A stretch of 64,000 nucleotides of DNA from Azolla caroliniana (taxonomy: Eukaryota > Plantae > Polypodiophyta): assembly GCA_043228905.1 (NCBI GenBank), contig JBHGNT010000021.1:7502001-7566000 (forward strand), read 5' to 3'. The translations under genes were made by a program, and so were the position numbers. Under the pieces are notes generated by a model. It was given only the letters and a program-made list of their open reading frames with translations. It made no database searches and was not told where the DNA came from. How positions within the stretch are numbered: position 1 is the first letter of the stretch; each line of letters starts with the position of its first letter. Shown piece by piece: positions 50,846-62,393 of the stretch.

Positions 50846-52300
50846 TGTCGTGGAGAAAACCGTCCCTAGGCGGAATCGGAGAATAATGTGCGCGAACTGG
50901 CCCGTATATGTAGGCACAAGTTTTGTTGTAATGTATATATCTAGGTACAAGTCGGCTAATGTGAATATCCTAGGTAGCACGCATTTGTTAGGTAGAAAAT
51001 CGAGGTGTATCTCTGTTCGAAAGGACTGAGAATAAAGATGATGTAACGGGTTGTGATGGCCTCCCTCCTTAGGCTATAAAAGTGAGGGAGAGGAATCGTA
51101 ATGGGGATCGCTTTGGTCGAGGACGAAGTGTTGTCGGACTGGGAACGAGCTCTTCTCCTCCGTCTTTCTCTGTATTTGCTCTGTGCAGGTTTTCGGGAGG
51201 CTGACTCTGCTCCGTGGAACGCCCGAGTGCTTTCGACCGAGTCTCCCTATCGCGTCTGTGTGCGTGTGTGCATGCGTGCAGGCGTCAGAGCTTGTCGCTC
51301 ATCGGCCCGCCGGTTGTAACCCGTTTTATCTGATATATATACATACGCTTACACACATTCATCTTGTTTCAATCAGTTGCGGTTTCTGTGTATTTGTGCG
51401 TGTGCGAAGCACGACCATTGTCTTTCTTGCTCCCCTCCTGCTCTCTTGTTCCTCGGACCAAGACCCCCGTGGTCCCACCTCGTTCTACACGCACGCGCGT
51501 AATAACGCGACACATTTGGTGAACCCGACGTGAATAGGTGGCAGAGGAATAGAAAGATGAGGGGATCAGAGCTTGTAGAAGCCATGGCTTCAACTGTGGA
51601 TCGTATAGTGAGTGCGCGCGAAGGCACAGGTGCCCTTGATAGGGCCATTGAAGCAATCGTTGGCACGATATGCCGGTTTGGTGGAAAGGACGCCATGAGC
51701 TATTTGGAGCCCTACCGAGCCGAAATGGTGATGAGGGACATTCTAGAGGACAGGCAATTGGTCGGATTCCCTCGGCTAGAAAATCGAGGCGTATCTCTGT
51801 CCGAAACGATAGAGAATAAAGATGATGTAACAGGTTGTGATAGCCTCCCTCCTTGGGCTATAAAAGTGAGGGAGAGGAATTGTAATGGGGATCGCTTTGG
51901 TCGAGGATGAAGTGTTGTCAGACTGGGACCGAGCTCTTCTCCTCCGTCTTTCTCTGTATTTGCTCTATGTAGGTTTTTGGGAGGCTGACTTTGCTCCGCG
52001 GAACGCCCAAGTGCTTCCGGCCGAGTCTCCATCTCGCATCTGTGTGTGTGTGTGCATGCGTGCGTGCAGACGTCAGAGCTTGTCGCTCATCGGCCCGCCG
52101 GTTGTAACCCGTTTTAACTGATATATATACATACACTTACACACATTCATCTTGTTTCAATCAGTTGCGGTTTCTGTGTATTTGTGCGTGTGCGAAGCAT
52201 GGCCATTGTCTTTCTTGCTCCCCTCTTGCTCTCTTGTTCCTCGGACCAAGACCCCCACAATCCTGCCTCGTTCTACACGCACGCACGTAATAACGCAACA
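50846..52300 (+). mobile_element. Internally deleted Ty3/gypsy element D (1455 bp), tRNA-Trp primed, inserted in B2 integrase
   Basis: 5' LTR 50846-51512 (TGTCG...CGACA). PBS 51517-51535. Gag N-terminus MASTVDRIV...RFGGKDAMSYLEPY. 5'-truncated 3' LTR 51777-52300. 4-bp TSD ACGT at 50842-50845 and 52301-52304. Removal restores RYYVTFIDDY. Confidence 0.88.
51517..51535 (+). promoter_or_regulatory. Primer-binding site complementary to plant tRNA-Trp
   Basis: TGGTGAACCCGACGTGAAT is the reverse complement of the 3' end (ATTCACGTCGGGTTCA-CCA) of plant cytosolic tRNA-Trp as I recall that sequence. Confidence 0.8.
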
Positions 52301-53809
52301 ACGTAACCTTCATCGACGACTACTCGTGCTACGCGTGGATCTACCCGATGAAGAAGAAAAGTCGAAAAAGAAACCGGTCGGCACATTCGATGCCTACGAT
52401 CGGATGGAGGAAAGGAGTACTTCTCCAACGAATTCACCTCCTACCTCCAAAGTGAAGGCATTCATAGAGAATTCTCTTGCCGACATACACCCCAACAAAA
52501 TGGAGTCGCCGAAAGGAAGAATCGCCAAATACTTTAGGTAGTACGGACCATGTTACATGAGAAAAACATGCCGAACTTCTATTGGGCCGAAGCGGCATCT
52601 ACGGCCGTCTACCTCATGAATCGATGCACAACCAATGGAGTCCATGAGCTAACTCCCTACGAGCTCCTCGTCGGAAGGAAGTCAATCCTGTCTCATCTAA
52701 AAGTGTTCGGAAGCATTGCGAATGTACGCATCCCGAACAAACGACGACAGAAGCCCAATGCGATGTCGGAAGAATGTATCCTCATAGGATACTCGTCCGA
52801 AAAGAAAGCATACAAGTGCTACAACCCTTCTACTGGAGCGGTTCGGGTAAGTCGAGACGTAGTCTTCGACGAGTCCGCATCGTGGTACGCACCAGAGGCA
52901 ACTTCGGCTCCGACTCCGCTCGACCCGGAATCTGCTGAACAAGAAGTAGAAGATGGAGATCGCTTCAAACACATGTTCGAAGAAAGTCCGATTACGGCAA
53001 AGCTTAGTGGGCCAGAAGACCCCCACGTGACCCAAGCACGTCGCGGCCAAGTACGAACTTGGACAAAGGCAAAGGTAAGATGCCCGAATACGACGTCGAC
53101 CACCCCGACGACAATGATTTCGATGGATCCGCTCCCTCACTAGACAGTGAGTTCGGTGTACCCATCATGCGTACACCCGGCCGGAGTAAAGAAGGCGCTC
53201 ACATCGGCGAGCGAAAAACGTTGACGCTCTTCTAGAGAGAAGAATCCCGTCACTCGGCTTGGCTACAATGTGTATATGGCCCATCATTACGCCTTTGTGA
53301 TGAAGGTAGCGGCCGAAAAAGAGCCCAAGAGCTCCACCGAAGCGGCTCGTAACCCACGATGGGTGGAAGTAGTCGACCTTCGCCCACACACTACAAGCCT
53401 TCGTCACCGGCTTGAGGGGCAGGGTCGAATACGAGTGTATAATGGCTGTATTCACATTGTTCTTTTGACAGGCCAAGTTTGGGCTATTTCTGCAAATAGC
53501 ATAAAGGGCAGTTGCCCTAAGATAGTCACTATATAAAGTGACTTTGTAACCTTTAGTTAAGGTTGGTTGTTATTTTGTAACTGTTGCTATTGAGAAATAT
53601 AACGCTTCTTTTGTGCTTGTTGGATCCGTCCCCCTCATCGCTGCAGTCATCCGAACCAGAATCGACCCAAATAATCGGTTTCTTGTAATCGGTATTCGGC
53701 ATACAATCAGAAGCTAACCGAGCTCACTCCGACTCGGCAACATTCGGGAAGACCAATCGGTTCTGTCCCTCAAGTTACCGGAGTCACTCCGAGCAAGTTC
53801 AACAACAAG

Positions 53810-54309
53810 TATCCGAAACCAAACCGACTCGGGTTCAAAACCAACTAGAACGATATCGGGTGAGCCGACCGGTTGCACCCCACTAAGGTTCGTAGTCAAC
53901 TCTGAACCGAGTCTAATCAACCGAAACCGAAGCAGATGGCATCAACATCCGGCTCATCAGCCTAAGGAGGTTCAAAACCAAACCGACTCGAGTTCAAAAC
54001 TGACTAGAACGATATCGGGTGAGCCGACCGGTTGCACCCCACTAAGGTTCGTAGTCAACTCCGAACCGAGTCTAACCAACCGAAACCGAAGCAGATGGCA
54101 TCAACATCCGGCTCATCAGCCTAAGGAGGTTCAAAACCAAATTGATTCGGGTTCAAAACCGACTCGGGTTCAAAACCGACTAGAACGATATCGGGTGAGC
54201 CGACCAGTTGCACCCCACTAAGGTTCGTAGTCAACTCCGAACCGAGTCGAACCAACCAAAACTGAAGCAGATGGCATCAACATCCGACTCATCAGCCTAA
54301 GGAGGTTCG
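53810..54309. repeat. ~159-bp tandem triplication spanning the A2 gag start codon
   Basis: GATATCGGGTGAGCCGACC at 53852, 54011 and 54187 (the third unit has an extra 17-bp sub-repeat). Each unit contains ATGGCATCAACATCCG. Confidence 0.92.
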
Positions 54310-54712
54310 ACGGTTCGAACTTCAACTTCTGGAAGGAACAAATGCAGGACTATCTCATAGTCAAGGGTCAGATAGACCTGATTGAGAATGAAAATTCTCC
54401 AGAAGCATACAAGGCAAACGAGTGGCTGAAGTTGGACATAATTGTCCGCGCCACAATTCGGATGCACTTGTTGAAGTCAGTGTACTTCACAGTGCAATCA
54501 TGCACAACAACTTTTGAACTTTGGAAAACACTATCGGAAACTTATGAAAAGAAGATCGCCGCGACGAAGATGTATCTGATCCGGCGGCTCTACAATCTAC
54601 GGATGAAAGAATCTGATTCGGTTCAGGCACATCTCAACAAGTACGAAAGCCTAAGCTCCCAAATATTGTCTCAAGGGACGACAATAGAGGATGAACTCAG
54701 AGCAATGATACT

Positions 54713-55099
54713 TGTAAAGAATCGGATATGGATTCTTGTGAAGCGGAATAGGTATGAACTGTGTGTGTGTGTGTGTGTGTGTATGAGATAGAGAGAGAGA
54801 GACACACACATAGTATACGCAAGGTTAAGTATATTAACAAAGGAGAAAGACTCAACATTATACAAGGTGGGAGGAGGGTGCTTTATGTAGTCACCCTCTC
54901 TCTTCATTAACTTCAAGACTCATGGAGCATGGGGAATGTGAAAGCTCATAAGTTATGTGTCATAGAATATGATTCTATGACTCACACTAAATTCTAGAAT
55001 ACCAAGAGGTGACTTAATGGTGACTCTTGACCGTTGGAGTGTCTATTCACTCTCAAGGTGAGTTCACACACTAGACCAAGTTGAGCTTGATTCTCAACA
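54713..55099 (-). repeat. 3' LTR of C
   Basis: Direct repeat of 59443-59823 with 8 substitutions plus microsatellite length differences, counted by eye. Confidence 0.95.
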
Positions 55100-58000
55100 C
55101 GCCCCCTCAAGCTCAAGTCGGGTCGGTTTCAGACGGTATCCGAAATCCACTTCGACTCTCGTTCCGGAGTCTGCGTCGACTCGCTTTATGCGGAGTTGCG
55201 GAATCCGTGCTCCAGCTTGCGTTGTGCGTAGTTGCGAAGTTTGTGTTTCAGCTTGCGTCTTTCTTCGCGGCTTTGCGCGGTAGATCAGCACCTTGCGGCT
55301 TCGTTGTGTGGTTGTGTAATCTACGAGTTGTTGCATAGTGTGCGCGGCTTGCGGAATCCATGCCTTATTGCGTAATGTGTGCGGTTTGCGGAATCCACGC
55401 GTTATTGCGTAATGTCTTTAGTACTCCCCCTCAAGCTTGGCAGGTCAGGGATCGTCAATCTGAGATCGGTCATGAATTGCCACAACTTGTCGGCTCCTAA
55501 GGCTTTAGTGAAGATGTCGGCCGTTTGAAGATTGGTGCTAATGTGTTGTAGGTCGACATCGCCAGCTAGAACGCGCTCTTGGATGAAGTGATAGTGCACT
55601 TCGATGTGCTTTGTCCGCGCATGGAACACCGGGTTCTGAGCCAGATAGATACTGCTCATGTTATCGCAGTAAAGGGAAGTCAGATCCTTGATGGGTACGC
55701 CTAGATCCTTCAAAATCCTCTTGAGCCATATGGCTTCACACGCAACTATGGATGTGCTCTTGTATTCCGCCTCCGTACTCGAAAGAGCGACGGTAAGCTG
55801 CTTCTTGCTACTCCAGGATATTGCTCTGCTGCCGAGGGAGAAAACAATCCAGAGGTTGATCTTCTATCGGCTTTGTAGCCGGCCCAATCGGCATCTGTGT
55901 ACCCCTCGAGGCGTATTGGCATCGCGGTCTTGTAGAGGATGCCGCAATCCATTGTGCCGCTCACGTACCGTAGAACTCGCTTAGCGCAATCCAAGTGAGT
56001 ATCACGCGGTGTTTGCATGAATTGACTAAGGAGACCGACCGGATAACTGAGATCGGGACGAGTGATCGTGAGGTAGATGAGACTCCCGATGAGTTGCCGA
56101 TACTGAGTCGGCTCACACGCTTTGGTGCCGGAGTTCGCATCTAGTTTGAGATTATGATCGAGCGGGGTTGCCACGGATTTGCACTTAGCCTCCTCTTCTA
56201 ATTCTCCTTGTAGAAAGGCGTTCTTGACGTCCATTTGATGGAGGTGCCACCCTTTCGCCGCGGCAATCGAAATTACGGTCCACACCATCGTCATCTTTGC
56301 CACCGGGGCAAAGGTCTCTTCATAGTCGACGCCATGCGTCTGAGCGTATCCTTTCGCTACGAGTCCAGCTTTGTAGAGGTTTACGGAGCCATCGATGTTA
56401 TACTTCACCTTGTAGATCCATCTGCATCTGATCGCCTTTTTGTGTGGTGAGGTGGGAACGAGATCCCACGTCTCGTTCTTCCGTAGTGCCTACATCTCCT
56501 CGTTCATTGCTTCGATCCATCGCGGGTCCTTCGCAACTTCCGAAAGGGTTTCCGACTCCCGTACTGTCGCTACCTTCATCATAAAGGCGTAATGGTACGC
56601 CATATAATCATTGTAGCCGAATCGGCTTACGGGGTTCTTTTCACGAGTGGATCGGCGGAGCTTTTCATTTGCAGAGATGAGGGCTTTCTTAGTTCCGATT
56701 GGTACCTCAAAGCCGCTGAACTCATTCTCGAGTGAGTGAGTCGATTCATCGTCATCAAAGCGATCGTCTTCATATTCCGCCATTTTCGCCTTGCCTTTGT
56801 CCATCTTCGGGCTAGGCCATGATGTGCTTTGATCGCTCAAAGGATCTTGTGGTCCGCTCAGTCGGGTCGTGATCGGACTTTCTTAGATCATGCGTGTAGG
56901 GAGATCTTCATCCTCGATCTCTTTTTTGGCAAATTCTGGGTTGAGCGGAGGCGAAGTTGTCTCTGGTGCATACCAGGATGCGGATTCGTCAAAAACAACG
57001 TCTCGACTTACTCGAGATTTTCGAGTTGAGGGGTTGTAGCACTTGTACCCCTTTTGCTCCAATGAGTATCCTACGAGGATACATTTCTCCGACTTCGGGT
57101 CAAGCTTTTGACACTTCTCATTGGGGATGTGCACGTACGCTATCGCGCTAAATATCCGGATGTGCGATATGTCTGGCTTCTTTCTGAAGTATTTTTCGTG
57201 CGGAGTGACCTCGTGCACGTGGGATGTTGTGCACCGGTTCATTCGGTAGACGGCCGTATTTGCAACTTTTGCCCAATATGACTTGGGCATATGATTCTCG
57301 TTCATCATGGCCCGCGCTACTTTGAGGATGTGCCGATTTTTGCGGAGTATGTCGGCAAGTGAATTCTCACCGAATTCCTTCCTTTCGGAGACACGCCGTG
57401 AAAGCATCCGAGAAGTACTCCTTGCCGCCATCTGAACAAAGGCATCGTACATGTCTGCCCGTGGCTTTCTCGACTTCATTCTTGAAATTTTGGAAGTGTC
57501 CGAACACTTTGCTCTTTTGCCGCATCGGGTAGATCCAAGTGTGCCTAGAGAAGTCGTCAATGAAGAGCACGTAATATCGGCATCCGCCGAATGTAGCCGT
57601 CTGCGCCGGTCCCCATACGTCGGAATGGACTACGTCAGGTAGACCTTTGCTCACGTTCTGCTCTTTCGGGAATGGTTGTCGGTGGTGCTTGTGGAATTGG
57701 CACGCTTCGCATATACCTTCAATCTCCTTCTCTTTGAATGTCGGGAGTCCGATGATGACTCCTTTCGATTTCATTGCTTTGAGTTTGTTGAGATTGATGT
57801 GGCCGATTCGCTTGTGCCATAGCTCTATGTCGGAGTCGGCTTTCGTGTTTTTCGCGAACATGGCGGATTTCATCTCGCGTGAATCGAGAATGAACATCCG
57901 GCCCTCTCTTCGTCAGCGTGCGATGAGTCAGCCCTCTTTTTCGATGAAGCAACCGCCTTGATTAAATTGAACTTGCACCCCTTGCTCTACAATTTGGCTG

Positions 58001-58261
58001 ACGGAGACCAAATTCTTCATAATGGTCGGTACATGCAAGACATTTTTAATGTAATTTTGCTTACCTTCTTTTACGAACGGAACATTGCCAATGTGCCGAA
58101 TTGACATAGTCGGGTCGGTCCGGCTCTTGAAGTTCTCAGAACCATTCTTGATGCGATGTCATATGGTTCGAGGCACCGGAATCGACGAACCATACATCTT
58201 CCAGACCGGAGGCACTAGTTGAGTTAGCGGCCGACATAGAGTTTGCTCTATGTTTCATCAT

Positions 58262-58400
58262 GAACATTCCGCCACGGTCGGAGTTGTGTGCATACATTCC
58301 GCCACGATCTTCGTAGTCGGAGTTGTGCCCGTACATTTCACCACGGTCGGAGTTGTGTGCATACATTCCGCCACGATCTTCGTAGTCGGAGTTGTGTGCG
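58262..58400. repeat. Coding tandem repeat (36+24-bp subunits, 60-bp period) in the C gag-protease linker
   Basis: Translates as YAHNSDYEDRGGM-YAHNSDRGEM-YGHNSDYEDRGGM-YAHNSDRGGM. Confidence 0.85.
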
Positions 58401-59442
58401 TAATTTGTGAGTTGTCGGCTTGTGGAAGCTGATTCATGCATCTTCTTTTGGCACTCTTCTTCGTGGTGGCCGAGCTTTCCGCAATATCCGCATTCGGTTG
58501 CGTTTTGACGGCTCGGGCCGGAATGGAAGCTCCCCCTTCTTGCGAAGGTTCCTCGATGGCGTCCGTTTTGCGGCCGAAATTGGGAGTTGTTATCGTAGGT
58601 CGGACCTCGTCCGCCTTGTCCTTGGCCGAATCGGCCTCTCGATCGTCCGCGTCCTCTTCCTCCATTAGAGTGCGTGTAGAGCATGTGACCTTCCGACTCA
58701 TTGCTCCTTGTACGCACATGGTTTTCTTCGACCAATAGCATTGATTGGAGCTCGAAGAAGGCGGGAGATTTCTCCCGTGCTAGAACGGCGGTTCGCATCA
58801 CGCCGAACCGTGGTGCGAGGCCACCGAGGCATATTTGCACCATCTCATCATTATCTATATTTACGCTTATTGAGCCGAGCAAGTCACAAAGCTCCTTGAT
58901 ATTCAAGGTGTATGTCGTGATAGACATATCCCTTTGTTGAATGTTGTTCAACTCTTGGCGGAGTTGAAGCTTCCTTGTGGTCGTGTTGGCGGCAAAAATC
59001 TTTCATAGATTTTCTCACGCTTCCTTCGGCGTCTTGGCTTCACGAATGTAGCTGAGCATGTGATCGTGAACACATGTCGCCAAGCAATATTCCACGCAGC
59101 TTGCGGCTTGCTCCCATGTCGCGTATCCGGGAGCCGCTTCGGCGGGTCGGTCTTCATGCGCTCCTTTGATGTAGCTCTAATAGCCTTGTCCGACAAGGTA
59201 TTGGTGCATCTTGTACTCCCAAGATGCGCAGTTGTTTCGATCCAACTTCTCGGTAGGGAGAGCGCTCCCCATTTGAGTATTCATTATGTCAATCTTCTTC
59301 TTCTTCTTCTCTCTTTGAATGCGAGCTATGTAGCAAAGCTACGATAGCAATGAGCCGGTTCTTGGTCGTCGGCGTGGAGCACAACACACGATCACGATGA
59401 GGCGAATGGGTTAGATCGAGCTACCAAATCGCTCTGATACCA

Positions 59443-59823
59443 TGTAAAGAATCGGATATGGATTCTTGTGAAGCGGAATAGGTGTGAACTGTGTGTGTGT
59501 GTGTATGTGATAGAGAGAGGGAGACACACACACAGAGTATACGCAAGGTTAAGTATATTAACAAAGGAGAAAGACTCAACATTATACAAGGTGGGAGGAG
59601 GGTGCTTTATGTAGTCACCCTCTCTCTTCATTAACTACAAGACTCATGGAGCATGGGGAATGTGAAAGCTCATAAGTTATGTGTCATAGAATATGATTCT
59701 ATGACTCACACTAAATGCTAGAATACAAAGAGGTGACTTAATGGTGACTCTTGACCGTTGGAGTGTCTATTCACTCTCAAGGTGAGTTCACACAGTAGAC
59801 CAAGTTGAGCTTGATTCTCAACA
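59443..59823 (-). repeat. 5' LTR of C
   Basis: Direct repeat of 54713-55099, adjacent to PBS GCTCTGATACCA. Confidence 0.95.
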
Positions 59824-62393
59824 ATACACATGAGCAGTCTCCCCTCTTCTTGGGAAACTTTTGTCACAACCGTGTGCAATGCTTCAACAACTGCCATTAA
59901 GTACTCTGAAATCACAAGCGCAATCCTGACTAAAGCATCTCGGAGAAAGTCTTTCGCCAAAGACTCGGTAGATGAAGCTTACGTAGTACAAGGTTCGACT
60001 GACTAATCAAACAACCGGGGAAGAAGTTCTTCCCGACCGTCGAACAATCAACGAAGTTGGAGCAAGTCCCAGGACAACCGAATCTGCAACTACTGCAAGA
60101 AACCGAGACACATCAAAGCCGATTGCCGGGCACTCAAAGCAAAAACTGACAAAGCTCAGAGAGCAGATCAGAAGAGTAGCCGGCATGAGGAGGTCAACTA
60201 CATTGGCTCTTCAGCCGAAATTTTGACGACCGACCTGAACATATTGTCCATAAAGAACTCAGTCGAATCAGAAGTTCTGCTTACGACTGAGGAATCGAGC
60301 ACATGGTTCTTGGACTCGGGCGCATCATATCATGTGGCACCTCACTGATCTCAGTTTCGGCAATACTCGGACTGGCACTCCGACATAGTTCGAGTCGGAA
60401 ACTCGCAGCACTGTGCTATAATCGGGATCGGCACCATAGAGCTCAACCTTTCAGGCAGCTCTACACTCGTACTACACAACGTCCGACACGTTCTTGAGCT
60501 CTCAAGTCCCTTGATCTCAATCGAACAGCTTGACGAAGCCGGCATCCGTGTCAGATTCTCATCAGGAGGGTGGACACTCCACAAAGGGAACCTCCTGCTT
60601 GTATCCTTTATATGTCACACTCAAAGAGGGTGACTTATTTTTGGTTGATATCCTCGTGTCATCGTTATGGCACGAACGACTTGGATACCTCAGCAAGGCC
60701 GACATAACGCACCTATCCAGAGCCGGTTACATCCCCAAACTCTCCTTCTCGGATCACCAATTCTACAAGCATTGCCAGTACGGCAAACAGGTAGCCACAT
60801 CACACCTAACATCAGCACCAAGAGAATCAAGTCCCCTCGATTTGGTCTATTCGTACGTCTGTGGGCCGATGCCACATCAGTCTCTCAACGGTGCTTCATA
60901 CTTCATCAGTTTTATTGACGACTCGACTCAGAAGGTGTGGGCTTACCCCATCAGAACCAAAGATCGGGTGTTCTCGATCTTCTCCGAATGGCTTGCAATG
61001 GTCGAAAATCAGACCGGTCGGAAACTAAAATGTCTCCGAACCGACAACGGAGGGGAATTCATGTCTAAAGAATTCGTCAAATTTTGCCGGGAACGCGGCA
61101 TTCGACGTGAATATACGGCACCCATAGTCCGAAGCAGAACGAAATTGCTAAACGCATGAATCAGACGATTCAAGAACGCATAGTATCCATGCTCCAACAC
61201 TCCGGACTGTCGGATGGCTTCTGGGCGGAGGCTCTACTTACGACAGTACACATAATAAATATGTCGCCAAGTAGACCTCTAGGACTTAAAATACCTCAGG
61301 AAACATGGACTGGCAGTAAGCCGAATTATGACAAGCTGAGGATCTTCGGTTGCGAGGCGTATGCCCTCATATCGAAAGACAACCGTCGAAAACTCGAACC
61401 ACGATCGAGGAAATGTGTTTTCCTTGGATATGGATCCGACGACGAGATTGGATACTGACTCTGGGACCCCGAGCACAGACAAATCGTCCGAAGTTCCGAC
61501 GTCGTGTTCAACAAGTCGGCTATGCATAAAACGGCCGAAAGGCCTATTGAAGTGAGAAGGGTAATATTTTCCGAAGTGCCAACCGTTCATGAAGGCCCAA
61601 CCCACAACACGAGATCGGTTTCACGGGTAACCGACACCTCCCGCATTGAATCCACCGATTCAGCACAACCGAGTGGCTCGGCTTCCGACCCTCCGACACC
61701 TACACCCGGTGCGACCAATCCAGTCATACCTCACATATCCGAGAGACTGTCGCAACCTCTGGAGAGATACTCTCTGGGAATCTTCTTCACCGACGCCGGG
61801 GAACCGATGTCTTATGAAAAAGCATTGGCATCCGCTGACTCAACCACGTGGCATCTGGCGATGGAGTCGGAAATGCACTCCATTCGCTCAAACAGGACTT
61901 GGGACTTGGTCGAATTATTGACGAATCGACGTGCTCTTCCGTGTAAATGGGTCTATTGACTAAAAGAGACGTCTGACTCGACCACCCCAAAGTACAAGGC
62001 CAGATTAGTTGTGAAGGGATTTTGACAAGAATATGGCGTCGACTTTGACGAAATCTTTTCACTAGTGGTGAAAATGACAACCCTTTGTTTCATGCTCGGC
62101 ATCGTGGCTGCTGACAACTTGGAGCTGATTCAGCTAGATGTAAAAACGACATTTCTCCACGGTGACCTATAGGAGGAAATCTATATGGAGCAGCCGAAAG
62201 GCTTTGTCGCATCCTATCAGGAACATCTAGTCTGCTGACTCAGGAAGAGTCTATACAGCTTGAAACAGGCACCCCGACAGTGGTACAAGAAGTTCGACGA
62301 ATTCATCCAGTCGGTCGGCTTCTCCAAGAGCGATGAGGACCACTGTCTCTTCACCAAAACAGCTCAAGACGGGTCTCCCATCTTCCTCATCAT

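Larger units (their letters stand above)
48653..53423 (+). mobile_element. Ty1/copia element B2 (second RT-less copy), interrupted by D and by A2
   Basis: 5' LTR 48653-49097 (TG...CA), PBS TGGTATCAGAGC 49098-49109, gag from 49267, PR WFVDSGASHHM, IN. Same NPRWVEVVDLRPHTTSLRHRLEG end as B1. The 3' LTR is not in the window. Confidence 0.9.
54713..59823 (-). mobile_element. Ty1/copia element C (Ale-like, related to B): LTR-gag-PR-IN-RT(deleted core)-RH-LTR
   Basis: LTRs 54713-55099 and 59443-59823 (TG...CA). TSD ATACT/ATACA. PBS-Met 59431-59442. PPT near 55100-55113. Gag CGYCGKLGHHEEEC, PR WFVDSGASNHM, IN, RT with in-frame deletion QGELEEE|AKCKS (no YVDD), RNase H ending SLRGS. Confidence 0.93.
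53424..62393 (+). mobile_element. Ty1/copia element A2 (Tnt1/Tork-like), decayed; interrupted by C and E
   Basis: Partial LTR 53424-~53620 is homologous to 6291->6100, with no PBS. Gag MASTSDS...FDGSNFNFWKEQMQDYL (54271-54712) resumes at 59824. Then CNYCKKPRH, PR WFLDSGASYHV (~60303), IN 60530-61560 and RT from ~61800 (TWDLVE, YKARLVVKGF, QLDVKTTFLHG, LKQAPRQWY). Confidence 0.9.
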
